The notes beneath the pieces are model-generated. The model was given only the letters and a program-made list of their open reading frames with translations, was not told the origin of the DNA and ran no database searches. Made by a program: the position numbers and the translations under genes. 64,000 nt of DNA from Bugula neritina (taxonomy: Eukaryota > Animalia > Bryozoa): contig OZ037767.1 of the NCBI GenBank assembly GCA_964035545.1, positions 31,450,628 through 31,514,627 of the forward strand, given 5' to 3'. This document shows, one piece after another, positions 42,101 through 54,300 of this stretch. The stretch's first letter is position 1. Each line of letters opens with the position of its first letter.

Positions 42101-45100
42101 TTCTCGATGGAGAGAGCGAGTGCCTCCTCACACTCGCACCTGCTGGGCGAGTTGGTGCTACCGGAGATGGTCTGCCTTCGAGGGTCCAGACGGGAGAGAC
42201 TACTAGCCCTGTCAGCATACGACTGACGGCAGCTCTGTGAAATAATATCAAGTATTAAGACAGTAGCAGGATACAGCATGGGAGAGACACTGCCTGCCCC
42301 ACCTTCAGTAGAACCAGCTGTAAGCTCCTCAGACTACAGCAGTATGAAAGGTGCTACAAGAGAGCAAACCTTATCTATGTTACAAACTGCTCATCTAATT
42401 TAGCAAAACAAATCATGTTTTAATAATTTTATGAATTCATATCTTTATTAGTTGACCGGGAAGTGAAGAACAGGTGTAGCCAGGTAATACTATTTGCTGA
42501 TGAATTTTCCAAGAGTAATGGTTATTCAAAGACTTCCTCTCAATCTGAATTTATTAAGAAAATTATTAAAGTTATCTGAGGTTATTACAAGTTATCCATT
42601 ACTGTGCTAACTGGAGTGATGAAGGGGGAAACGCAGCACTGTGTATGAACCTAAGAATTGCTAAAATAGTGTCTGTGTGTACAGTGTATTACTAGCTGTA
42701 TATACTATACTATATATACAGTGTATTACTAGCTGTATATACTATACTAAATATATACAGTGTATTACTAGCTGTATATACTATACTATATATATACAGT
42801 GTATTACAAGCTGGTCATACTACTGCAAACTGCAATATCTTTACAACAGCTACTTGATTATAGTTCACAAACCTGGATGTTCCTCAGAGATGCCCGAGAC
42901 TGGGCGAACCGTTCAAATGCTGTCGCTGACGTGTCTATAGGAACGAGGATTGACGGCTGAGATTTAGCGCTGCGTAAGACATTCTCCTCAGGCGTAGGTA
43001 GAACAGATTTACCTGCCTGCTGCGTGTAGTCCAGCAGTCCCGCACACGATCGGGGTCGAGGTGCTGCCGAGCGTGTTCTCGGCCGAGGGGGTTTCAACCT
43101 CTCATTCCGTTCGTACTCAATCTTATACGCTGACCTCTACAATAAAAAAACCTTTGAGTTTAACAAATCACCTTTGGTAGATGTCATTGGTATATGACTG
43201 GAAATTAAGATTTATACACATATTTTCCTGACCATACAACTAATCTCACAGGAAATTACAGTTTTGGTGGAGCTGGTTTCTAGGAGTGGGCGTTCTCGGC
43301 TGGTATGAATGTAATTACATGCCAGGCTGGGTTAAGTTAATAGAAAGTTGTAGGGCATACTCAAAAATATAAAAACAATCAAAAGTGAAATTAGATAGTG
43401 TTTTACACAAGCAACATAAAGTTATAGCGTACAATATGTTTGCAATCAATGAAATGTCATGAAATATTAGATGAATTATCAAATAAGATCAGGGATATTG
43501 GATCGGAAGGCCGAGATAAAATACTAAGCATACATTCATCCGGAATATTTGACCAAGGATATCAAGCAATAAACCTAAAAACATATTGAATTACTTGCGT
43601 GAATAAATGTTTATGTACCAAAATATCAAATATTGTCAGTAAACATAATAGATCCAGTATGTTATGCTCAGTAATCATTAGAGATATTAGATGAATATTT
43701 AATTACACAGATAATGATAATTTATTGTGAACTATTGTCTAATTTCTGCTGTAAAGTTCTTTGATTTATTGCCTACCAGGAGTGAGCACTACACACACTT
43801 CTACCAGGGTAATAGTTGTATATTCACTGTTTATTTTCATACCAGCATCTCAATTGTTTGAAGTTAATTTTTTCCAATTTCAATTTACAACACAGTTGAG
43901 TGTCAGTACTAGGTGTTACTGAATACTCCCTTACTTGATGTTTAACCAGTTTGTATGTCGTCTCCCCTGGTTCCTTCAGTACTGGAGTCAGACAAAAGTT
44001 TTTGGCAGATTTCCAACCGGGTGGACCGAGGGCAGCGTAGACAGCTCGGGGCGTGACCTTGGCCTGACTGTACAACTTCTGAACAGAGTCTGGACGGCTG
44101 GCAGCGGTGAAGAGACTCACTTCCTGTTTGGGCTGCCAGGGCTCTTCAGCTGTGACAGACAATCCAACTTCCTCCAGAGAACTTTCAGCTGAAATATACA
44201 GAACTTCACTCAACAGCCTTGACCTGTGCTGATAATCACTCTGTAGATTATACTTTGAATAGAGAATAGTGTCTAGACGGGAAGGGGGGGGGTGGGGGGT
44301 ACTGTCTGTTGCATTAACAACTCAGCTTCTGGCCTTAGGAGGTAGGTGCAGTAATGGAGAAAATGAGAAAAGCCTGCGTTCTAGATTAAAAATGTTCTTA
44401 CAATAATTTCAACCCACGCCTTAAACCAAAATTTAAAAAGAAATTAAAAGAACATAGGCTATCTCAATTTCTTCACCACTGTTCCTATAAATGGGCCTCA
44501 TAGGCAGATGTCTTGATGAAACCCAGAAAGTATTAGGTCAGCATTTCACTACATAACACAACGCAACTTCTCTCACAGCTGCTCAAAGGAAAGAGAACAG
44601 AGGCTGTTGGTCTCACAACAATTTCTTAGAGCTAAACTCAAGTTTAATACAAAGTTGTGAGGGAGTTTATCTCCAAGCTACTAGAATGGTTACTTGACAT
44701 TTTATCAGTGAACGAACTATCTTATTGACACAGGTCTGTCATACAACATACAGACCAACATTTTCACACCAAATTTCCTGATAAATTTCCCATTAGCTGC
44801 CTTCAATCATGAAGTCTTTTACTGACAAGCAAATTTATAAATAAGTTGCAATTCACACACTACAAGCAAATGCTAAAAGGTAAATGTAATGCTGACTTGG
44901 GTTGATGGAATGCTGATTTGAGTTGGTGAAGCTGACATAAATAACAGCCATCTCCCAGAGAATAAACCAGAAAGGGATTCTACTGTTCACATTATTTCTG
45001 CTAGTTCAGCATTGTACTTCTATTTATTATAACAAACTTATAATACCTGTTTTCAAAACTGTAAATGGACACTTTCTTAGAATAAGTTATTTTTGAAACT

Positions 45101-46135
45101 GATATAACATCAGACTTCATCTCAAGGAAGCTGCAGGCAGAGAAGTTGAAAGGTCAAGCTGGTTGGAGGACTAGAATGGTTGGAAGGTTAGAAAGGTTGT
45201 GAAGCTATGCTGTGTACATAGGAAGAGTATACTACAGGATAGCTGGGAACAAAGCAGAAGTGCTATCAGCCGGTGGTTAGTGTTTGCTTTCCTATTGATA
45301 CCAGACTTGGGCAAACATTGTAAATGAAACTGACACTAACTTAGCGTGTAATTATTTACCTACTAGCTACTTTTACTTTGGTATCATTTCTTCCAGGCAG
45401 TGGTTAATGTACCACCGAAATACTGTACTTACCTTGGCAGTTGTGATATGGTGAATTATTCAAATTATTTGGCAAAGAAAGTGCCTTTAACATTGTGTCG
45501 TTAAACATGCTGTTATGAAGTCATATCGTGATTTTAATGCCAAAGGGAAATAGCAACACTTGTGGCTAGCATGTAGTCTGCTAAGCTGCTATCAAATGAT
45601 ATCTGAGTCAATATGTTGTTAATAATAATAATTATAGTTGGTAAAACTACTATTATTTATTAAATTTATTATTACTATTTATTATTATTATTATTAGTGA
45701 TCTTAGTGATAAAATCAAAACTACATAACGCAAACTAAAGTATAAACACCATCTGCATTTCAACACAGCAATATTGATGGCTGTACAGAGTTAAAGTCAG
45801 AAAATCAATGCTCCAGCTAATTAGCGTTTGTTGATAGGTGAAAAGTATCACTGATAATCCGCTCTTGAAGTAAAACAAATAGGTATTGATGTAAGAGCAT
45901 ACCAACACAGACTGTGGATACCATTTGCTCTTGTCAGACAATGTGAATATTGTTTTGACTCAATCGCCTGGCAAATGAATTTGTATGCTTTATAAAAAGG
46001 GTTGTTACATAAACACAATACAAATTCCTCCAGTTGATGTTCCAAATAATAATATTCATTATGAGTCATAGAGGTTTCCTAGTAGTTGAGGGAGACGAAT
46101 GAAAACAAGAATAGCTTGAGCCAATTTCAAAGAAT

Positions 46136-46200
<65 letters not shown>

Positions 46201-49200
46201 TGATAATACACGTAATATAATAGTATATAAAATAAATTAATATACTTCTAAATAACATTTTATATAATATAATACAACTATTATATATGTATATAAGAGT
46301 GTCCAACAGAAAAGCTTAACGGAATTTGTTTGTTGATATAAAATTGACCATTGCTAAGGAGATTACGGTATTGTTTATAGTTTTATGTTAGCTATGGTCA
46401 ACCTTTTTATTATTTAACATCTTGTAGCATAACAAATACACTTGATGTATTATATAGTTAGCTTTTCTTTCATCTACTAGGTAATAGGTGTAGAAATGTG
46501 TGAAAGCTTTTCAGCTATATAGTTCAACATTGTAACGACTTGATGAACTTCAGGAACTAGACTTGACTTAAAAATGTTAATGTTTATAGATTTGCACAAT
46601 AAAAGTTAACAGCAGCCATATGCCTGCTGAAATAAAGTAGAGCAATTTCCTTGATTTCATCATTTAGTTACGAAGTGCTTAGTACACAACACTAGTCCTG
46701 TAAGCCAGTCTGTCGACTGTTACATAAATTCTATGCATCACATAATTTATTACAGCCCACAATATTTTGCAATACTTTATGAAATTTTCCTGTTTCTTAC
46801 AGTAAATAAACCTGTACACTACCGATACTTTAATCAAAGAGTATATATCGATTTAGTAGCGCCAAAATGATAAAATTAATTATAATTTTGAAGGTTAATA
46901 ACTTTGGTAAAACTACTTTGGAATAAATTATCATAAATTTAATGCTTTAATTGCCCTGTGTATTGAATGGAAGATACAGAGCAATTCAATAGGTAAATAT
47001 TATTGAGGTACACCTCAATATCATAGTTGACCAATGACATTTCAGTTTACATTAGCAAATACACTCTCTGTGACTGGGAGGAAGTAAAGCACTGTCACTG
47101 CTGAAGTTATTGTACTTTTTTGTTCATGTTTATTGAAGTTATATATTTAACATAATTACATTTTAACTATTATAATTTACAAGTTTTATGTAAAGCTTTT
47201 TTATCACTTGACATCATTAAAATGGATTCTAAACTAGTTGAATATAGCCACTCTATTTATATTTATAGTAGACTTCATGAAAGTTATCTCCCCAATGCAC
47301 ATAGCTGTATACACAATTCAGCAAACCTACAACTTTTTAGAGGAGTATAGAAACACCCAGAGACAAAACACATTTTCTCAGCTCAATGACTCAAAATCAA
47401 TTTTTAATAACATCAATGTGAAACTTATTTATGCAAAGTTGAAACGTACCAACACAGTGTTGTAAAGCACATCAATATGAATAGTAAATACAGTAAATTT
47501 ATAGACAAAGAGTTGGGCTGTATTTATGTATAATTAATGACTTTAGCAGATGAAATAACATGGCCTAGGAGAGAAATGTAAAGACAGAGTTAAATGCAAA
47601 CAATGCCTCCAACAATGTATCAAAATGGAAGGCAATTTGTTTGTGACAACACAATAGGTAGACAAACAAGAAGCCAAGAATTGTTGACCCAATATACGAA
47701 ACTGCAGTTAAATGGTTATCTGAGACAGACTACACACTGCTGGTGCTTGCAAGTGCTCTCCACAATGCATATTGAGTAAGAGATGAATAGATTTAGACTA
47801 AATGTTGTGATTAGGGACTCTTAGCTTCTAACTCCATTGTTTAGTGAATAGCTACTGTCATTACCTACTTTGGTGAATGTTTTAGTGCAGGGAAGTAGTG
47901 CTATACTCTCAATAGAAACCTACAGTGATGTACTGTACACAGTTTTCTATAAAATTAGTTTTACATGGTAACATTGAGGTAGAACCCAAAGCCGGATATT
48001 AAAAACCATAACATACAAACTATAAACACATTCAACACTTACAAAATTGTTCTTGATGGTGAAATATTTTTTGAGTTGTACTTGAATATAAAATATAAGA
48101 TAGTTTGATATTTGACAGGTAAAGTCGATGTAATAGAGGTGTAGTCATATCAGTTCAATTGGTTCATAACTTTGAATATGAATCATTTAAAAAGTCAGCT
48201 TTACATATTATGCTCTCATTTAGAAAACCTTCTCCTAATTTAAATATTAGCAGGTGGAAAATAGAGTCGTCATGGTTCTTTAGGATGATTCTTTTTAATT
48301 GGAACATGACGTAGAGGCTTTTGCTAAATATTGTAATGCATTGGTAAGTGTTTGCAATGTAATTTGAGTATCAGTATTTGCACAACCAGAATGTAAACTA
48401 GAAATGTTCAATAAAAGTGACACAATAATTGCTGTTCCAATTCAATATATCGACACGAAGGTGTAGACTAAATATTACACCAGTTTAACGTCCAACAAAC
48501 TAGTAAAATTTGTGCTTCTATAGTTTCTCTTCTCCCACTAAACTGAAATACAAATTGGCTTAATGAATATCTTAGCCATTTAAATGAACATTGAATTTGC
48601 AAAGTAATTATGTAAATATTTACAGTAACCAACAGGCAAGCTCTAGATATTACAGCTCAGTCACAATATTAAGCACAAATTAATTATTACGGAACCCTTT
48701 GTTTTGTCACCACTTTAGATGGCTTAGTGTAATAACTCATCTTTCATGTCCTGGCAGGTGAAATAAATATGATTTATTACTACCAAATCTTAGTGTGTGT
48801 CGTTAGAGAATGATATAGTGCCTTGTATACTATAACTATTAAATATAACAGGTGATTGTGATGCATTAGTACAACAAACATGGTTGTTATCGTATTGGGA
48901 ACAAAATCAGCAACCAATGACGCTTTTACCAAGCTCACAACTTTGCCATTGCATGCTAGTTATTCAATTTTCCTAAAAAAAAACTTAAACAAGCTAAAAG
49001 CCAGTGATAAAATAGCAGAGCACCCATGCTAAAGTTACAGTGCATCACGATTATGCAGCTTGTCAGACTGCATTCATTATATTATCAACTGAAATGTTGC
49101 AGTGCAGTGTGCCACACAAAAGTACCAATTATATATTCTAAAGAGATGTTAATGTATACGTCTTCCTCCTTCTCTTCTAGTATCTATATATATTTCCTAG

Positions 49201-49738
49201 CTACTGTGAATGTGACATTCAACTTTATAACTAGTAAGCGATTATAGAATACAAACGGATTTCCCAGATTATGATGGCAGGGATTTAGTATTTTCTGAGA
49301 AGCATAACATAATTAGAAGCTTAAAATTTAGTCCTGCTTATGCAGGAAAAATTATTAATTAGAGATTGCAGTGATCTAAAACATGTGGCATAGGAAACTG
49401 ATGTTCAACTGAGAGCACCTCGCAATACAATTCTCTACTAGTCATGAACACTTACGCAGAGGGGTTTCAAGCACGTTCAGCTGTTTTGTTTTCTGTTCCA
49501 CTTCCCAAACTTTTGTCTTTAGTCTATGAGATCTAGCAATAACACCCTGACATTCTTGTGATAAATCCTTGAAGATCTCGTTAGCATAATTTGCAAGTTG
49601 AGATATTTGTAGTAGGATCTGCGTGTAGCTTTTGTTGACTATAACTTGGTGTTCTTCGCCTAGGCTGACATTTTGTGAACTTGTTAAAGCTCCTCGTCGT
49701 ACATTGACAGGTTCTATACTTCTTTTTACGAATGGCAT
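27138..49738 (-). CDS. NHS/NHSL (Nance-Horan syndrome-like, GUK-holder) actin-remodelling regulator with N-terminal WAVE-homology domain; 15 coding exons, ~1315 aa
   Basis: Exons (minus strand): 49738-49456, 44188-43935, 43136-42873, 42234-42140, 41597-41434, 40473-40355, 38866-38710 (or -38806), 37687-37472, 36103-35974, 31261-31152, 30876-30651, 30460-29073, 28658-28547, 28255-28008, 27319-27138. All introns are GT-AG with matching phases. NHS-family motifs occur in order: MPFVKRSIEP (WHD start), LVPIDTSATAFER..SRASL, RRQTISG, SSSGRWSGS, SLYSVDQDGFFTTMHTD. The protein ends YVQTDI*. Confidence 0.88.
27346..27975. repeat. 52-bp minisatellite, ~12 copies, filling most of the last NHS-like intron
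   Basis: Unit GAGAGGACAACTACGAAGAGCTAGTAGAGTATACAATACACACGACTATAGA. Confidence 0.95.
34800..35196. repeat. 18-bp minisatellite, ~22 copies
   Basis: Unit GAGAATAGAGTATATATA; it produces the spurious IENRVY/YILYSL ORFs. Confidence 0.95.
36108..36204. repeat. 20-bp tandem repeat, ~5 copies, abutting a splice acceptor
   Basis: Unit GCATAGTTAGTAATGTGTCA; the minus strand contains TACTAAC. Confidence 0.9.
38317..38480. repeat. ~30-bp C-rich tandem repeat
   Basis: Unit approximately GCACTACATTACTACCCCCTCCCCAGTGGT, ~5 copies. Confidence 0.85.
38940..39660. repeat. 34-bp minisatellite, ~20 copies
   Basis: Unit ATATAGTATAGCATACAGTATAGTGTAGTATATT. Confidence 0.95.
46139..46196. repeat. (TA)n microsatellite
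   Basis: Directly visible. Confidence 0.95.
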
Positions 49739-51311
49739 TGTTTAACATGTTATATTGTCACAACAATAAATAAATACCTGTAAATATATTATTAGTAAAT
49801 AACATAGACTAAATAAAAATATAAAACCCGAGCTTTCTCTATGCTACCACATCTCACAATACTCGAAATCGACGCATGCTTCTGTATCTGTTTGATTGGA
49901 AATTACTTGTTATTGCTTTAGCTTGCTGTTCATTTAATTTAACTCGACGTATGGGGGTAGTCCATGACTGACGTTTTCTTTATTCAGAAAAACTACACAT
50001 CTAATAGCCTCTGGTGCAACACTTTAACGGCGCAAACTAAATACGCTAAATTTAACTCGACTAGTTTAACAGCGCAAATTCAAAACTCAATAGCCATCTT
50101 CAAAAAAACTTTTCTGATTGGTCCAAGAACAGACTAGCGAGCGAATTTGAGCGTTATTTATAAATTTTGCACAGCTTATTATTATCATTAATCGCTCCAT
50201 TCAGAAACTCTAACTGCAGCCACTTTCAATTGCCTACTTCTTCTAGAAACGTTAATACTGATAATATAATTTCATCACTTATGCATGATAAAAAATTGAA
50301 TGCATTTCAGCGTCGTCGGCTATTAATGACTATATTATTATAACGGTTACTAACCGCGATCGTGAAGTTACTAACATTAACAATAACAACTTGAACTTCA
50401 TTTTCATTTTGATTTTCTAAACAAACTTTCAGTTTCAACTTCAACTTCAACTTGTTTTTTTTTAAATTATAATAATTATAATTTTCTCAGACTGTACTTG
50501 ATTTGAATTGTCACTGACAAACTATAGTTTTCAGTAACTCAAGTTGCTAAGTTTCTGCCTCTTCTAAGTTCCAACTCTTGTCTTACAGTTAAAGTTACAC
50601 CTACACTTTTAGTTTTATTTGCAAAAATTCAATTCACTTCGAGTTAAGGCAGCAAACAACTTTTAGTTTTTTTTATTCTATTTTTTAAAAAATTTCATTA
50701 ACGACATATTTGCCTTAGTAATGTATAGTAATGTTATGGTAAATTAAATTTATTGCTCCTAAACTTCTAGTTCTTGCATTTAAATACTTATCAAAATTCA
50801 ATTATTCTCTTTTACATTTAACTTTGTTCATGTTATCTATTCGCTTCTATTTATCGCTTCTAAATCGTTTTGTCACTCAATTTTTAGCCATTATAGTGTT
50901 CTTATTTAGTTACTATTGCTTTAAAACATATCAAAAATATTTATTGAGATTGACACACTACTTATATTGTTGAAAAACTGGTATTCAATTGAAAAAGTGA
51001 GATAAAATAATTTTTAAGGTCATATAATTTATACAATCTAAATCTAAATAGCTCCAAAATGTATAAATTTGGTCATGTTGAGATGTTGCTTATGATGTTG
51101 GTAACTCTCACTGCTATGCCCAAGTTACTTTCATGGTGGACAAGTATAACATTATAGATGGCTTTTGTTGAATTCTGTCTAGCATATTATTGAAAGTGGC
51201 TGAATGAAGTTCAATTTAATTGAGTAGAAATTGTATTGTTTATACTTTATATTACAGTATTCTCTCCATACACTTGACAGGTGAATAGCAGGTGCTAGTT
51301 GCTGGTTCAAC
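49739..51311. promoter_or_regulatory. Shared divergent promoter / 5' UTR region of the NHS-like gene and NADSYN1
   Basis: The start codons are head-to-head, ~1.57 kb apart. Each ATG-containing exon is preceded by a plausible acceptor (minus CAG at 49780-49778; plus TTGACAG ending 51280), which suggests non-coding first exons in between. A CpG-richer patch at ~49850-50370 has ATTGG (CCAAT) boxes near 49895 and 50117. Confidence 0.55.
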
Positions 51312-54300
51312 ATGGGGCATAAAGTAATTCTAGCTGTGTGCTCTTTAAACCAGTGGGCTATGGACTTCGAAGGGAATTTGCGAAGAATCCTTGAAAGTTA
51401 GTACTAAAATATGCATTCAGTCATGTTACCACATTGTCTCTATTATACAGTGTGTGTATATACAGTGTTAAATATTTATAATAAAAGTTTTCATGTATAT
51501 GAATAAATTGGTGAAATAATTCTCAATATCTCTGTAGTTTTATAATAAAAAGTGTCCCTTTCAAATTTTCTTTGATATGTTCTATTCAACACTCAACTTA
51601 ATTACTGCTACTTAATGACAGTTTGCTAGACCACTGTATTTTCCTACACTTACCTGGCACGTATTTCTGAGGTGGCTGTGCTCCGATACATTACCTTTGT
51701 TGCCTTTCAGGTATCAGACAGGCTAAGGCAATGGGTGCAAAGTACCGCTTGGGTCCAGAACTTGAAATCAGGTAAACAGAAATTTTAAAAGCGAATTCAA
51801 GCTATCTAAACTTTTTCGACAAATTTATCTTATTAATGTTTAATGTTTTTAAAAAAAAATTTTTATTTGTTTAATATATTACTATTTTGTGAAATTTTCT
51901 TATCGTTATTTAGATTATTTGTTTAGACTGTGTATAGTCTTTATGGCTAGTTGTAGAACTGCTGAATATAGGAAGCAGTGTACTGTATAACTAGGAGTTA
52001 TGAATTCAGTCATTTCACTTGAGTAATTGAAGTCTGTCATGCAAGCTTTGTTGAGTGCTGGATATAAGAGCACGTTATGTAACATCAGTCTAACAGTCTA
52101 AGATTCACTGTTGATAACCTGGCAGCTGTTTATTGCTGTAAACGATGCTGTTTGGTGACAATTTTTAATATTTGTGGATGTAAATCCAATAGATAGTCAA
52201 CTAAGATGGCTATTATTATGTGCTGCCAGCTGCTCCAATACAAGATTTTACATTGGTTCAATAGTTTCTAGTGTATACTCTGTAACATAAGTTGTATATT
52301 TCTAGTGTATACTCAGTAACATAAGTTGTATATTTCTAGTGTATACTCTGTAACATAAGTTGTATATTTCTAGTGTATACTCTGTATTATATTCTGTATA
52401 TTTCTAGTGTATACTCTGTAACATAAGCTGTATATTTCTAGTGTATACTCTGTAACATAAGCTGTATATTTCTAGTGGATACTCTGTAACATAAGTTGTA
52501 TATTTCTAGTGTATACTCAGTAACATAAGTTGTATATTTCTAGTGTATACTCTGTAACATAAGTTGTATATTTCTAGTGTATACTCTGTATTATATTCTG
52601 TATATTTCTAGTGTATACTCTGTAACATAAGCTGTATATTTCTAGTGTATACTCTGTAACATAAGCTGTATATTTCTAGTGGATACTCTGTAACATAAGT
52701 TGTATATTTCTAGTGGATACTCTGTAACATAAGTTGTATATTTCTAGTGTATACTCTGTAACATAAGTTGTATATTTCTAGTGTATACTCTGTAACATAA
52801 GTTGTATATTTCTAGTGTATACTCTGTAACATAAGTTGTATATTTCTAGTGTATACTCTGTATTATATTCTGTGTATTTCTAGTGTATACTCTGTAACAT
52901 AAGTTGTATATTTCTAGTGTATACTCTGTAATATAAGCTGTATATTTCTAGTGTATACTCTGTATTATATTCTGTATATTTCTAGTGTATACTCTGTAAC
53001 ATAAGTTGTATATTTCTAGTGTATACTCTGTAACATAAGTTTTATATTTCTAGTGTATACTCTGTAACATAAGCTGTATATTTTTAGTGGATACGGCTGC
53101 GCTGATCACTTCCTGGAACCCGACACGTTCCTCCACTCCTGGGAAGTGTTGGGGGAGATAATTTCCCACCAGATGTCTCAAGACATCCTCCTGGATATTG
53201 GCATGTAAGTATCCACATGTCACGTGATATTATGATTTTATACAATATACTCAATCAATAAATGATTTTAAATTTAAAGTCCTAAGTGTTGACATTTTTA
53301 CTAAAAAGAAGCAAATAAGGGATAAAGTTTAATCATTGACTGTGTATAGTAGTGATTCACTTATCCTTGTGTGCCTCAATCATTATACCCACCCTTGTTA
53401 TGCTATCATCGGCGTTGTATGCGTATGTCCGTATTTGTAGGCCAGTGATGCATAAGAATGTAGGCTACAACTGCCGTGTGTTCATTCTGAATAAACGGAT
53501 TTTACTAATAAGACCAAAGATATTTCTGTGCGACGATGGAAACTACCGGGAACCTCGCTGGTTCACTGCCTGGTCACGTCTGCAGCAGGTTGAGGAACAT
53601 TACCTGCCAGGCATAATCAGGGCCATCACAGGCCAGTCTACAGTACCCTTTGGTGACGCTGTAATCTCTACCAGGGATACGTGTCTGGGCTCTGAGATAT
53701 GCGAGGAGTTGTGGTCCCCTGCTAGGTAAATATTTTGAGATATGCAAAGAGTTGTGGTCCCCTGCTAGGTAAATGCCGTCGTAGTATTTAACTAGTAGCA
53801 GTTTTGAGAAGTTTTGGTTTAAGAGACTAGAATTTAAAAGTTGCTCTCACTGTTTATTGTGTTGTCTATAATGTGAAACATATTATACCATTATGTAACT
53901 TAATGTAGTATATAATATTGTATAATATAATATATAATATGATGTATAAGTTCTTTCATTTACAATACTCCTTCTACAAATTGCTATGTTAACTAGCTCC
54001 AGACGTTAGCCAATCTCGGTGGTTTGATCTTTTAGCCGCCATATTGAGATGAGTTTAGACGGTGTGGAGATAATCACTAATGGCAGTGGCAGCCATCACC
54101 AGCTCCGTAAAGGTTATGTGAGACGAGACCTTATCAAGTCAGCCACCATGAAGGTGAAAGTTGCACTAATATGTGTTTGTAGGGCATATACAGTACGTCA
54201 GGGGATATACAGTATATCAGGGAATATACAGTATATCAGGGAATATACAGTATATCAGGCGATATACAGTATGTTAAGGGATATACAGTATATCAGGGAA

